Positions 35,501-48,561 of a stretch of 64,000 bases of DNA are shown here, one piece after another. The translations under genes and the position numbers were made by a program. The stretch spans positions 67,766,001 to 67,830,000 of the forward strand of contig NC_092351.1 in the NCBI RefSeq assembly GCF_963676685.1, read 5' to 3'. The stretch is from Mytilus edulis. Taxonomy: Eukaryota. A model generated the notes under the pieces. The model was not told where the DNA came from. It saw nothing but the letters and a program-made list of their open reading frames with translations, and made no database searches. Every line of letters begins with the position of its first letter. The stretch's first letter is position 1.

Positions 35501-38500
35501 TGTGCTTATATGTAAAATCATACTGAAGAAAAATAGTATCATGTTGGAACATTTTCATTGAAAATATTTCTGTTCTGAAAAAACATGCTTTATTTTCTAC
35601 AAGTTAGCTTTTGTGACATCTTCCTGATGGTACTTAAAAATAAGATTGTTCATTTGGTTAATTTGTGGAATATCTGTTGATTGTACCAAAATATTTTTCC
35701 TTGTTGATATTAGTTTTAAATTGTTGTAGTAGTGTTATAGTTATCATTTGTGTATTTTTTTCTTTTTCCCCAATTATTTTCTGCTTGTGCTGTGATGCTG
35801 TTGTATATTGCATTTTCATCATCCTCATCATCACCTTCAAAAATAACAGAAAACGGACAAATGGGCTTTTTTCTGACAGATACATATACTGTGAAAAGTG
35901 CTTCAATGAAATCCAGGGAGAAGAAGTGGAACTTGCAGATGACCCCACACAACCTGCTACGTAAGTATAGAATTGTAATGATAAACATTAAAAGTAGTAT
36001 ACATTTTTTACCCATTCCCACAACCTGCACAGTGAAAGGGATATTGACTTAATAAAATACTCGTTTGGTTCATCACACTTCATAGTTAATGCAAATATTT
36101 GATATCCATATGATTGATATCTTTTCAAAGATTTCTAACTGATCTATGCACATATGAAAAGATGATTCTTCTAAAAAAAAAATGGGGGGGGGGGGGAGTG
36201 GAAAATGTGAGTTTTCGATCCTGAAAGTGGCTTTAAACACCAATAAATTGATCAGAATCTCAATTTGGAAGAGGGAAAATTCTTAAATGACTTTTATATT
36301 CATTTATCCCATTTATAATGTACCTTCCCTGGGTACGATGTTTGTTTTAAGACCCATGTCTTATGTCAAATTGTTTTTTTGTTAAATTTTTAATGACTTT
36401 ATAAATTATTTTACAACTATTGGTGAGATGAGGTACATGTATAAGAAATTTCAACACAAAATATAATACAAGATATATTTGCTTAAACAATATGTAAAAA
36501 AATCTTTTTCTTTGTCCTTTACTTGAGGACAATTATGATACAAAAACTCAACAAATATTTGCCATGGTATGAATTCCTACAATGATTGTTGCTTGTTTAT
36601 TATTTGGTGGCAATTTTCCTTCATATGCTGGGCAATGAACAAATAAATTCAATATTAAAGAAAATGTTGTGTGAACAATATTAAGATTTCACAAGTTATA
36701 TTTGTATATATGATATATATGCATAAATGAAAGAACTCTTAAATTTCCAATGTTATGATTTCAGGAGAATTAAGAAAAATCAGTTTGACAGAATGAAAAA
36801 TGACCAGTTGGACTATGAACCGTAAGTCTCAGAACTATTTTTTAATACCATTGCTTTATGCCTCTTTAGAAATGGTAAAAAATCCCTGTTTTTTGTTTCT
36901 GTTCTCAAACTTTAGCTTAACTCAACCAAATATTATGAAACATATACACAATGATTATTACCATTAAAAACAGATCATGTTTAAATTTTTAAATGTTCTA
37001 GAGTTATTCTTCTTTACATATAGAAAAATTACTGAATTTTTTGTGATGCCCTATTTATGGGCATTATGTTTTCTGGTCTGTGCGTCTGTCTGTTTATTCA
37101 TTCATTCGTCTCTTTGTCCCGCTTCAGGTTAAAGTTTTTGTTTGAGGTAGTTTTTGATGAAGTTGAAGTCCAATCAACTTGAAACTTAGTAAACATGTTC
37201 CCTATGATATGATCTTTCTAATTAAAATGACAAATTAGAGATCTTATCCCATTTTCACGGTCCACTGAACATAGAAAGTGATGGTGTGGATGAAGCATCC
37301 ATGTACTTGTTTTCATTATCTTAGGTTTGCCTGAACTAAATGATATGAAACTTTAACATAATAATTATAACCAAAAAACTAAGGGCTGTTCCAGAAAATA
37401 CTATGTCCCCCCCAGGGACGGCACTTTTTTTTACCCCCACCACCCACAGAAATAAAATTTAATTAGAACAGCTCTCCCTTTGCATTTTGGTATTTCAAAT
37501 ACAACCACCCACATTATATTTAAAAAAATTGCCTTCCCTGGGGGGGACATAGTATTTTCTGGAACAGCCCTAAGTTCAAGTTCATGTTTTGGTAGTGTCA
37601 CTTTTACTGTTCTTCAGTTATGTCCCTTTATAACTTAATATTTTGGAAGTCCCTTCCTACCCTCCCATATCCATTTTAATGGAGTAAGCTTAAATGCAAA
37701 TATAAAACCTCACCCCTTTACCTGATCAACATAGATGCATGCAGATTTTTGAAATTGCAATAATTAATCTCACATTTTAGTCCATTCTTCAAAATTCACA
37801 ATAATAAATGCAAGCAATTATTTCTGAATTTACAGAAGATATGTATTTCAGAAGTTAGAACAACTAGAATTCAATTTTGTTTCAAACATTTGTAGGAAAG
37901 TTAATTTATAGTTAACTAGTGTACATGAAAGAAATATAATACAGCTGTGTTTCATTATTATTTTCTTTGTTATTACAGATTTGTTGAGTGTGAAGAATGT
38001 GGAAGAAAGCTGCATCAAATTTGTGTGCTTCATTTTGAACAGATATGGCCTAATGGGTACGATATTGCTTCATTATGTTGTTTGATAGACTGTAGAATGA
38101 AAGTAACAAGAAGTCACTTACTGACTAAACACAAATTAATGATTGAAGCATAAATATTATGACATAACCTTTCTTCATATTATTGACTTAATATTGCAAA
38201 TGCCAGAGTATAAACATATCTTGGCTGTATGTTTGGTCCAACTTTTTGGAGCCAGAGCAGCCAGCCCCTGGAAGACATTAAGTTTCCAGATGATAATTTG
38301 AGTATAAGTGTAAGGATCTCTATGAAATAGTACCTAAAAAGGAAGGTTGGGATTGATATTTGGGGGTATGACCCACAATGCTTAGTTATAAGGACTTTTC
38401 TTATACTTTGTATAGATTGCTTATTTTTGACCAATTTCAATGGGGGTATAGTTCAAAGTTTTGAATTCTTGGTGTTCTTTAATAAACTGAATCTAACCAT

Positions 38501-41500
38501 GTATATGGATATTAAGTAAATGTCCAATTGAAAAGTTCTTAAACCGCATTCATGCAATTTAAGAAATTATGCTGTGTCAAATATTTAATCACTATCCTAA
38601 TTCAGATCTGTATCGGCAATTTGCAGAACATTTTATTCCTCTTGTTTTAACTTATCTTTTATTCAGTTAGGGAACAACGGTAATTCAGATGTAACTGTTT
38701 TAATATGCCAAAAATACTTTATAAATATAGGAAATGTCTTGTATTTTGCAGATTTACCTGTGATAATTGTTATAAAGCCAGAGGATCAAAAAGAAAAGAA
38801 AACCGGTATACTGCCAGAAGTAAGTAACATTTTTACTTCTTTTAAGTCTTCTACAAAGTCCAATGTGATTATAGCTTGTCTGTCCTATCCATCTGTCAGT
38901 CCCACAAATCATTTTTCCACACTTTTTTTTTCCTAAGATATCGATTTGATATTTGGTATTTAGCTTTATCATCACACATTACAGATCAAGTTCGAATTTT
39001 GTTTCTGTCTGATGATTTAGTGCAGAGTTATAGTTCTTGGACTTTGAAAATTTATACAAGAAATCAGTTTTCCACTTTTTTTATGCCCATACATAGCGTA
39101 GGGGCATTACATCAACATCTCTAGAGTAAAATATAAAGTTAAACAGTGACTGTTAACATTCATAAACAGTAGACATGTTTGACATGTTGACTTTGTGTGT
39201 TGCTGATGTCCTATATTATGCCGCTCTGGTGAGAAATAATTCCAACAAATTTCTTTAGTTTCTCTTTTATTATACGACCGCAAAAATTGAAAATTTTTTG
39301 GTCGTATATTGGTATCATTTTTTATGTTGTTAGGCTATGATTGGGCAATTATTAAAAGCCATTGAAAAATAAATTTAATTATCAGGGGCTGTTCCATAAA
39401 AAATACATGGGACCCAGGGAAGGCAACTTAAATTTGCCACTATGGGTGGATGTGAACTGGTTAAAAATTATGCAGGACTCTAAATCGATTCTATGGGTGT
39501 TCATTCTGTTTTCAAAGTGCCTTCCCTGGGTACCAGGTATATTTTAATGGACCAGCCCTCAACATATTTCATAACTCTATGGATTAGTGTTCAGTGTATT
39601 TATGATTTGATGCCAACTCTTCACCAGAAATTTTCATATTGGCTGATACAGAAATATTACTGAGATGTTTAAATTCATTTTGTTTTGTATTGCTTTGCTT
39701 TTGCAGATATACATATGTCAGGACTACTACCTACAAAATTAGGAACATACTTAGAAAATAGAGTGAATAATTTTTTACGGAAAAAGGATGCAGGTGCTGG
39801 AGAAGTTTTTATCAAAGTTATATCTTGTACAGACAAAGTTGTGGAGGTTAAACCTGGGATGAAAGCAAGGTAAATATACTCATTATCATCTCTATTTCTA
39901 TTACTGTAAATAGGGTTATTTTGGTGGATTTTTTGCCTTCATTGAAAGTGCTAAAATAAACTATACATTTAAAAAAAAAAAGGACACAACATGAATTTTT
40001 CTGTACACATGTCATAAATATGCCAGGCTATTGCTGATTAAACGCTGTTATTGGTAATTAGAATATCAAACTTCTTGTAATCCTTTACCTTCAACTAATT
40101 AACATGTACTACCAGAGGCATAAGGATTAAAATTTAGAATAACTGACTTCTTTCACCTCAAAACTATATAACAAAACAAAAAATATGTCATTACCTTGCA
40201 ATGTTTCTATATCTTGAAATTTTCACTAACTTAGTGTATGAAAGATGGCTGCCATTCTTGCTTTGGATTTTAATGTTGTATGTTTTTATCAATTGATTGA
40301 TTCAGGGTCCTAGTATCTTTTAGTGATGAACATAATTATTGACAAATTAAGCTTTGTTTATTTTAAACAAGAAATTGGCTGTGTAGTGAAGGGTTTGAGC
40401 ACTTGGAAAATGATTTAAGGATGTTTGCTTGTCATTTTTTGGATTTTTTGTCAGATTTTCGAAATCCTCTTGTTTTATTGATTTGAATGCCTTAAAACAT
40501 TTTGCCCATGGACCCCCATTTTTCTTTTTATAAATCTGTTACATGTATAATTATAAGCCATTTGTAAAAGTCTTATAAAATCTTATTTATTTTTTGATAG
40601 TTTTTGAGAACTTGTCAATGATAAAGCTATGAAAAATCAAGAGAGAACATTTTCCCGCCAAAATTCAAATGGCTAATATTTCTAAAACAAGCACATTGAC
40701 CCCTATATTTTTGGGCCAATTTTTATTCCTCAATTAATACCCTATCAATATATACTAGTTTTTTGAAAAGTTATTTATTTTGAAACTGAGCAGCAAACTT
40801 CCTTTAACAGCAATTAGACAGGTTATTAAAAATAATTGAAAAACAGTTAATATAATATCTAAAAAGTAACGTAAGTATGAGCCATTATCTTTTCTTTTGT
40901 TTGACAATTGATTGTTTTTATCTTTGTTCTTTTGTAGATTTGTTGATAATGGTGAGATGGTACCAGATTTTCCATACAGAGCAAAAGCAATGTTTGCCTT
41001 TGAGGAAATAGATGGTGTTGATGTCTGTTTTTTTGGAATGCATGTTCAGGAGTATGATTCCAATTGTTATGCACCAAATAATAGGTTAGTACTTCCCTGT
41101 TGATCAAAGGACATATAGGCATGGCATATGAAATTGCCATAGCTTAAGAAAATATCTGCTCAGCCTACCTGTTTGAGACTCTGATCCATTCTTTGCATCA
41201 AGCTTTGCAAATTTTAAGACAGCCCTTCAATGGTGTAAAAGAAAATTGATTCAACAAGTTATTGGTGATATGCTGTTTTAAGGACTGCTTTCAGATATAT
41301 ACATTTGTACTAAACCCAGCCCATGAAATTTTAACTGCCAATCTTTGGCCCATTTGAGAATTATCTTATAACACTACACCAGGCCACCAAGAATATTGGA
41401 TAAGCTACCACTGGAAAATTGCAATCTCAACTCCTGGTTTAATCCAGATCAATAGATCACATTACATTTAATATATTCAGGTTGCACTTTACATAGAATG

Positions 41501-44055
41501 TCATTTCACCATGTGTATATATTAATGTACTTTTAAGTCGTTGCATAGGTGTTGTGCATTATTTACTAAAGACTTTTCATTCTTGTAGGAGATGTTACAT
41601 ATGTTGTGCATTATTTACTAAAGACTTTTTATTCTTGTAGGAGATGTTACATATCATATTTAGACAGTGTACATTTTTTCCAACCAAGACAACTCAGGAC
41701 AGCAGTTTATCATGAAATCCTTATTGGTTATTTAGAATATGCCAAACAAATGGGATTCACATGGGCACATATTTGGGCTTGTCCACCAAGTGAAGGAGAT
41801 GATTACATATTTCATTGTCATCCACCAGAACAAAAAATTCCAAAACCCAAACGTCTACAAGAATGGTATAAAAAGATGTTAGATAAAGCTATTATTGAAA
41901 GATGTGTGATTGATTATAAGGTTTGTATTTTTGAACACTGTTGATTTATTATTATTTGTTAGATACCAATTTTCATAGTTTTCTTTGGCACAGGTGATCC
42001 ATGAATTAAATTGTTAATTGATTTACACATTTTCTACAGGCTTTGTATACAGAGATCCATTAAGGGCTATTCCTTGTTTTGAAAATTTGCTGTATTTTTA
42101 TGAATATGTGCAATTGTGCTTTAAAAAATTATGGTTTTTAATACTAGATGGATAGTTTCTCATTAGGGGACCTATAACATTCAACAATGAAAGTCAAATC
42201 CTCTTTTAGAATGTTTAGTTTATGTGTACAGAAAAGAAAAAATCACCATCTTTTTATTCTCCTACCGACAAGGTTGTTCCTTGTTTCTGAATCCTAATTG
42301 TGATTGTGTTTATAAAATATACTTGTATTATTCATAATAAAATATTGTTTACTTAAAAAAGTCGAGTACTTTAGGTTTGCACTCTGTCCGTCTGTCCATC
42401 TGTCAGTCGACAAATCTGTTTTCCACCCTTTTTTTCTTCATTCTTGATAATCTTGAAGATATTAATTTGATATTTGGTTTGTTGTTTTATCATGACAAGT
42501 AAAAGATCAAGTTTAAATTTTGTTCCAGTCTGATGATTAAGTGCAGAATTATGATCCTTTGACTTCAAAAATTCAATAAAATAATCAGTTTTCTGGACTT
42601 TTTTTCATCATGCATGAAGATGTTAATTTGAAAATTGGTATGATCGAATTTTGAATTTTATTCCAGTCTGATGATTTTGTGCAGAGTTGGACTTACAAAA
42701 TTCACTTATATATCAGTTTTCATTATATATATATAGTGAACAACATGACAAGTTATATTTATTCCAATGCAATACAATGAGTGTTTAACCAGTAGGGGAC
42801 TATGTATCACCATGCAATGCTTGTTATCAGTGCTGTTAAAAGGCTGAAAATATCCCTAAAAATTCAAAATTAACAGATTTTTAACAATTAAATCAAGATG
42901 CACAAAGTTTTAAGTATTGGTCAGAATTTAGGGTTCTTTTGTACTTTAACAATATCACAATAACAATAAAATGACCTAAATTTTGGACAAGGTAAGGGAC
43001 GACATCAAAAGTTCAATGTAGGATAAAAAACTTAATTCACATAGTTTTTCCACTGACCCCCCACCCCCCTCTTAACTTAATTTGGGAAAAATTGATTTAC
43101 CAATAGGGATATATGTAAAAATTGATTTTGGATATACAAAACTTGCAGAATTTTAACCCCCAAACCCCCCAACCCCAAAACTATTTGATTTAAGTTTTTT
43201 ATCCTACATCGATCTTTTGATGTCGTCCCTAAATGGCATGAAGCCAAATTTATCGACTTCTGTTGTATGAATGGGATAAACTGACTTTTCAATTCTCAAG
43301 GCTAAATAAGTATTTTATAGGCTAAACACAAACTTACCTGTCAAGGTAGAATTGTAATCTGAGTGATAGTCACCATAAAGGTTTTTTTTTGTGTTTGGGT
43401 ATGAACAATGACAAAGTTTGTGATAAGGTCAGTTTGAGGGGACCTATCCATGGTAAGTCAATGATATTTGGTAAAGAGGTGTATACGCCCTGCCGTATCA
43501 CATTTTCATGAGGATTATTGGTCACTAGACTTTCAGTCATGATACATTGACATGAATGTTTTGCATACTTTATGTGTTAAGTATTCTTAATTTCAACATT
43601 TGCATTTTACTTTACAAATTTCATAGAGGAGGGACACATCTATTTTTCAATTGCTTGATACCTTTGTGCTTATTGGAACATTTTATTAGTTGTACATATT
43701 ACATATTTTACATTTAATTTCAGGATATTTTAAAAGATGCAATCGAAAACAATATAAAATGTGCCACACAAATACCCTATTTTGAGGGAGATTTCTGGCC
43801 CAATGTTTTAGAAGAAAGCATCAAAGAATTGGACCAGGAAGAGGAAGAAAAGAAGAAACGTGAAGAAGCTGAAGCTGCAGCAGCAGAACAAGCAAGTGTT
43901 GAGGAGGTTGTTGAAGGAGAAGCTGACAATCCTGTAAGTGTTACTAGACATAGATATTCCTTATTTATTCTTTGCTTCTCTGTATGTCTGTCAGTCTTTT
44001 GTTAGTATCTTCTAAGGGTAACCTCTTGTAAAAGTTTTTATACCCCATGCAGCGA

Positions 44056-44091
<36 letters not shown>

Positions 44092-47000
44092 CGTCAGTCC
44101 TGTTTCTTGTCATCGCAACTCCTCTCAAACCACACAACAGAATTTCACGAAACCTTTTCAGATAATAAGGACATACTATGTAGTTGTGCATATCGACGGG
44201 AAATTGCGATTCAATTTTTTTTCTGGGAGTAACGCCCCTTTGAACTTATTTACTTTAATGTACTACTGCAACAGTTTGTCATCGCAACTCCTCTCAAACC
44301 ACACAACAGAATTTCACGAAACCTTTTCAGATAATAAGGACATACTATGTAGTTGTGCATATCGACGGGAAATTATGATTCAATTTTTTTTCTAGGAGTT
44401 ACGCCCCTTTGAACTTATTTACTTTAATGTACTACTTCAACAGTTTGTCATCGCAACTCCTCTCAAACCACACAACAGAATTTCACGAAACTTTTTCAGA
44501 TAATAAGGACATACTATGTAGATGTGCATATCGACAGGAAATCACGATTCAATTTTTTTTCTAGGAGTTACACCTCTTTGAACTTATTTGCTTTAAGGTA
44601 CTACTTCAACAGTTTGTCATCGCAACTCCTCTGAAACTACATAACAGAATTTCATGAAACCTTTTCAGATAATAAGAACATACTATGTAGATGTGCATAT
44701 CGACAGGAAATCACGATTCAATTTTTTTTCTAGGAGTTACACCTCTTTGAACTTATTTGCTTTAAGGTACTACTTCAACAGTTTGTCATCTCAACTCCTC
44801 TGAAACCACACAACAGAATTTCATGAAACTTTGTAGATAATAAGGTCATACTATGTAAATGTGTATATTGACAGGAAATTATTATTCAGTATTTTTTCTT
44901 ATACAATTTTTTTTTCTTATACTTATTTAATTTCTCCAATGACAATGTGGGGACGTGGGGTATGTGAGCATGCTCACTAAGGTTCTTTTTTTTCCTCAAT
45001 AAATAGTTAATGAAATAAAGCCTTCTCAAACTAGTGTTTCTGTGAGTTTATGTTTAGTTAACACAATCAAATTGAATTCCATCAAATCTATCTATATAAA
45101 ATACAGTTTCCAAAGGGATTGATATTCTAGTATCAGAATTCATTTGTATGAAAGAAATTTAGATGATCCTTCGTTGCAACAGAATAACACTTCTGTCGAA
45201 TATATGTATTAGCAAATAATTTGCCATCATTAAATTGTCAAAAACAGGTTTTATACAGTTGTACGCATTGAGGATGCTGATGAAATCGAAATTTATGAAA
45301 GTGTATGCAATATACATGTATTTAGATGAAAATGCTAGAATGACTTCTTGTTTGTATTTAAAATTTGTCTTACCTTGTTTCATTAGATTTGAGTGATACT
45401 GACGAGGCAATGCAGATTTAGCTTATGTTCAAACTTACAAGTTTTGTATATTGGATGAAATAAACAACGTCATTAGGTTAATTAAAAACATTGGTCATTT
45501 AAGAGGATGGATTTGTGTACAGACACAGTAGTTGATGTTTTGCTATGAATCTAGGTATCTGTAGACTACATTATTATTGCAGTTATATTTATTTATTTAC
45601 ATATTTATTTTCGTAGAATGGTGCTGGAAAGAAGAAAGGAAAGGGTGGTAGAAAACAAAAGCAAAGCAAAAATAAAAACAATCAGCGGAAAAATACCAAA
45701 AAGACCAATATGCCTCATGGTGGAAATGATCTCACACAAAAAATATTCAGTACTATGGAAAAACACAAAGAGGTAGGAAATAACTTGTAACTTTAAGTCT
45801 GTAATTCCTATGGTTACACTGCACTATATAGTGTAACCATGGGATTTATAGACCTATCAGGAAAAAGGTATCATGTCAATGTAAAGAAATAAAACAAATG
45901 GAAACGTTCTGAGTGTTTAGAATTAGTTTATTTTAGGAAAGTTCAGGTGGTTAGAAGACATATTGTGATACATTGGATGATAGGATTAGAACATTCTTCA
46001 CCTTAAAAACGCTATTTATACTATTTTATAGATGAAAACAAATAAAAACAACAAAATTCTTTCTTTTGTAAGATTTTTTTCCCGTGGTTGCTATTTCACA
46101 ATATAAAAAGATTGTCTTGTAATTAACATCGGTGTTGTATAGTTTCTAAAAGAATCCTCAATGTTTTCTATCATTGTAAGATATCATAAGCATTAAATTA
46201 TCATTCACGTAACATATAAACATTTATAATGTACAGTGTTTTTTTAACAGAATAAAAGATGTTTACTATTTGATATATGTTGAATATGTTAAATGGATGA
46301 TTTGCTCTATTGACAGGTATTCTTTGTGATTCGTTTACACAGTCAACAGGTAGCTTCAACACTTCCTCATATTCATGATCCAGATCCTTATATTTCTTGT
46401 GATTTAATGGATGGAAGAGATGCATTTCTCACAATGGCAAGAGACAAACATCAGGAATTTTCATCTTTACGTCGTGCAAAATATTCAACAATGGCTTTAT
46501 TGTATGAGCTTCATAATCAAGGAAAAGACAATTTTGTTTACACATGTAATACTTGTAAAGCACATGTGGAAACTAGATGGCATTGTACTGTTTGTGAAGT
46601 AAGTAATGTGACTTTACATTTGGTGTCTGTGTGGGTTTTTTTTCATCTAAACTAATGATTTTACATGAATTTTTTGTTCTATTATTTCAATGATCCCTGT
46701 TAATTTACATTTAATGACAATGTTAATGAGCACTAAAAGAATCATTAAAGTTGTTGGTATTTTGAACCAACTATGAAATATTTTTAAATACTATCTGAGA
46801 AGTAATAACCTGTATTGTAATTAAGAACCAGTTGTTTTGTATCTACAAGGTGCCAAATTTTCAGTAAAACTATTAAAAACTTTTGTGATATGAAGTGAAA
46901 ATATTTAAACTTGTCACACATGCTAAGCAAGAAGTGGAAGATACCTAAGGGACAATCAAAAACAAGATAATGAAAAAAAGACTAATAAAACCATTGCAAT

Positions 47001-48529
47001 AAATGAAAAAATGATGAAAGGTAAAAGGATCAAGTCTACAAAAGACTTGTCAAAATTATGGCTCTGTCATTCTAGGTTAAATTTATAAACATTTAAAAAA
47101 AAAAAAAAAATATCGCTGATATTCTGAAGATTTTATTGTTTATTTAATCAAAGTCCTTTCCTATTTTATTTCAAAAACAAGTTTTATATTGAGTCAAGAT
47201 TAACACTATACTAGAATTGCGCAACAAAATCAGAAACAAACATCCACCTCAAAAATACACTTCTCTTGAGTTCGTTCTGCGTTGAATTCTTAAATTCATG
47301 GTTTGCTGACACCCATGAAGACTACAAAATTTGGTATATTAAGATTAGAAATGAATCCACAGTATATAATTTGGAATATCTGACTGTAGTCAAGGTATCT
47401 TTTGCTTCAACTAAATATTTTTTGTATTTTTACAGGATTTTGATCTGTGTTGTGTTTGTTATGAAAAAGAAGGACATTGTCATAAAATGGACAAACTTGG
47501 TTTGGATCTTGATGACGGTTCATCCCCCAATGATAAACAGGATGATCCTCAACAATCACGCCGTCAATCTATTCAACGTTGTATTCAATCATTAGTGCAT
47601 GCATGTCAGTGCAGGGACGCAAATTGCAGACTCCCAAGTTGTCAGAAGATGAAACGTGTTGTATCTCATACAAAGTGTTGTAGAAAAAAGGCTAACGGAG
47701 TTTGTCCAATTTGCAAACAACTTATAGCATTGTGTCTGTATCATGCAAAACATTGCACAGAAAATAAGTGTCAAGTGCCATTCTGTTTACAGATTAAACA
47801 TAAGTTAAGGCAGCAACAGTTACAGCATAGACTTCAACAAGCGCAAATGTTGCGGAGGCGAATGGCCTCAATGCAACGGACTATTACACCTAGTGCTCAA
47901 AACACAACACAACAATCTCCTGCCGCAACAGGAATCCAACAACAACCAGTTTCATCAAATTTCAATTCTGGTAAACCTGTGGCTGGACCTCCAGCAGCTG
48001 CTTTACAAGCTGCAATGGCTGCTCAAGAGGAGGCTTCTCGTCAAGCTAGTCTTCAGTCTGGTGCAGCAAGTGTGGCTACTATGCCCCCACCACAAGTGCA
48101 AGCACCAGCTCAAAAAGTACCAGTGAACACTGCAATGAATAACTCTAAAGTGGTCTGGCCACCAAATTCAACCTACCAAACAATGCCTCAAAATCCCATG
48201 AATCCACCACAAATGAGACCGCCAATGCAGCCAAATCCTATGAATTCTGGAATACAAATGCAGCAACAAACACAGCAACCGGTTGCTGGAGTACGACCAG
48301 GAATGCCAAATGCTGGTCCTCAAAGACCGCAGCAGCATGCTTTAGAACAATTATTAAGAACTTTAAAATCACCCAACTCGCCGCAGCAGCAGCAACAAGT
48401 GTTACAAATTCTTAAGTCAAACCCCCATCTTATGGCAGCTTTTATCAAACAGAGAACTCAGCAGCAACAAGGTCAACCTGGTCAACACAATATGAACCAG
48501 TCAAATCCAAACAATATAGCACAGTCACA

Positions 48530-48561
<32 letters not shown>

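Noticed and set aside
44047-44395. ORFs with internal peptide repeats (also 55108-55534 and 50442-51155)
   Set aside because: They arise from tandem arrays within non-autonomous elements or satellites.
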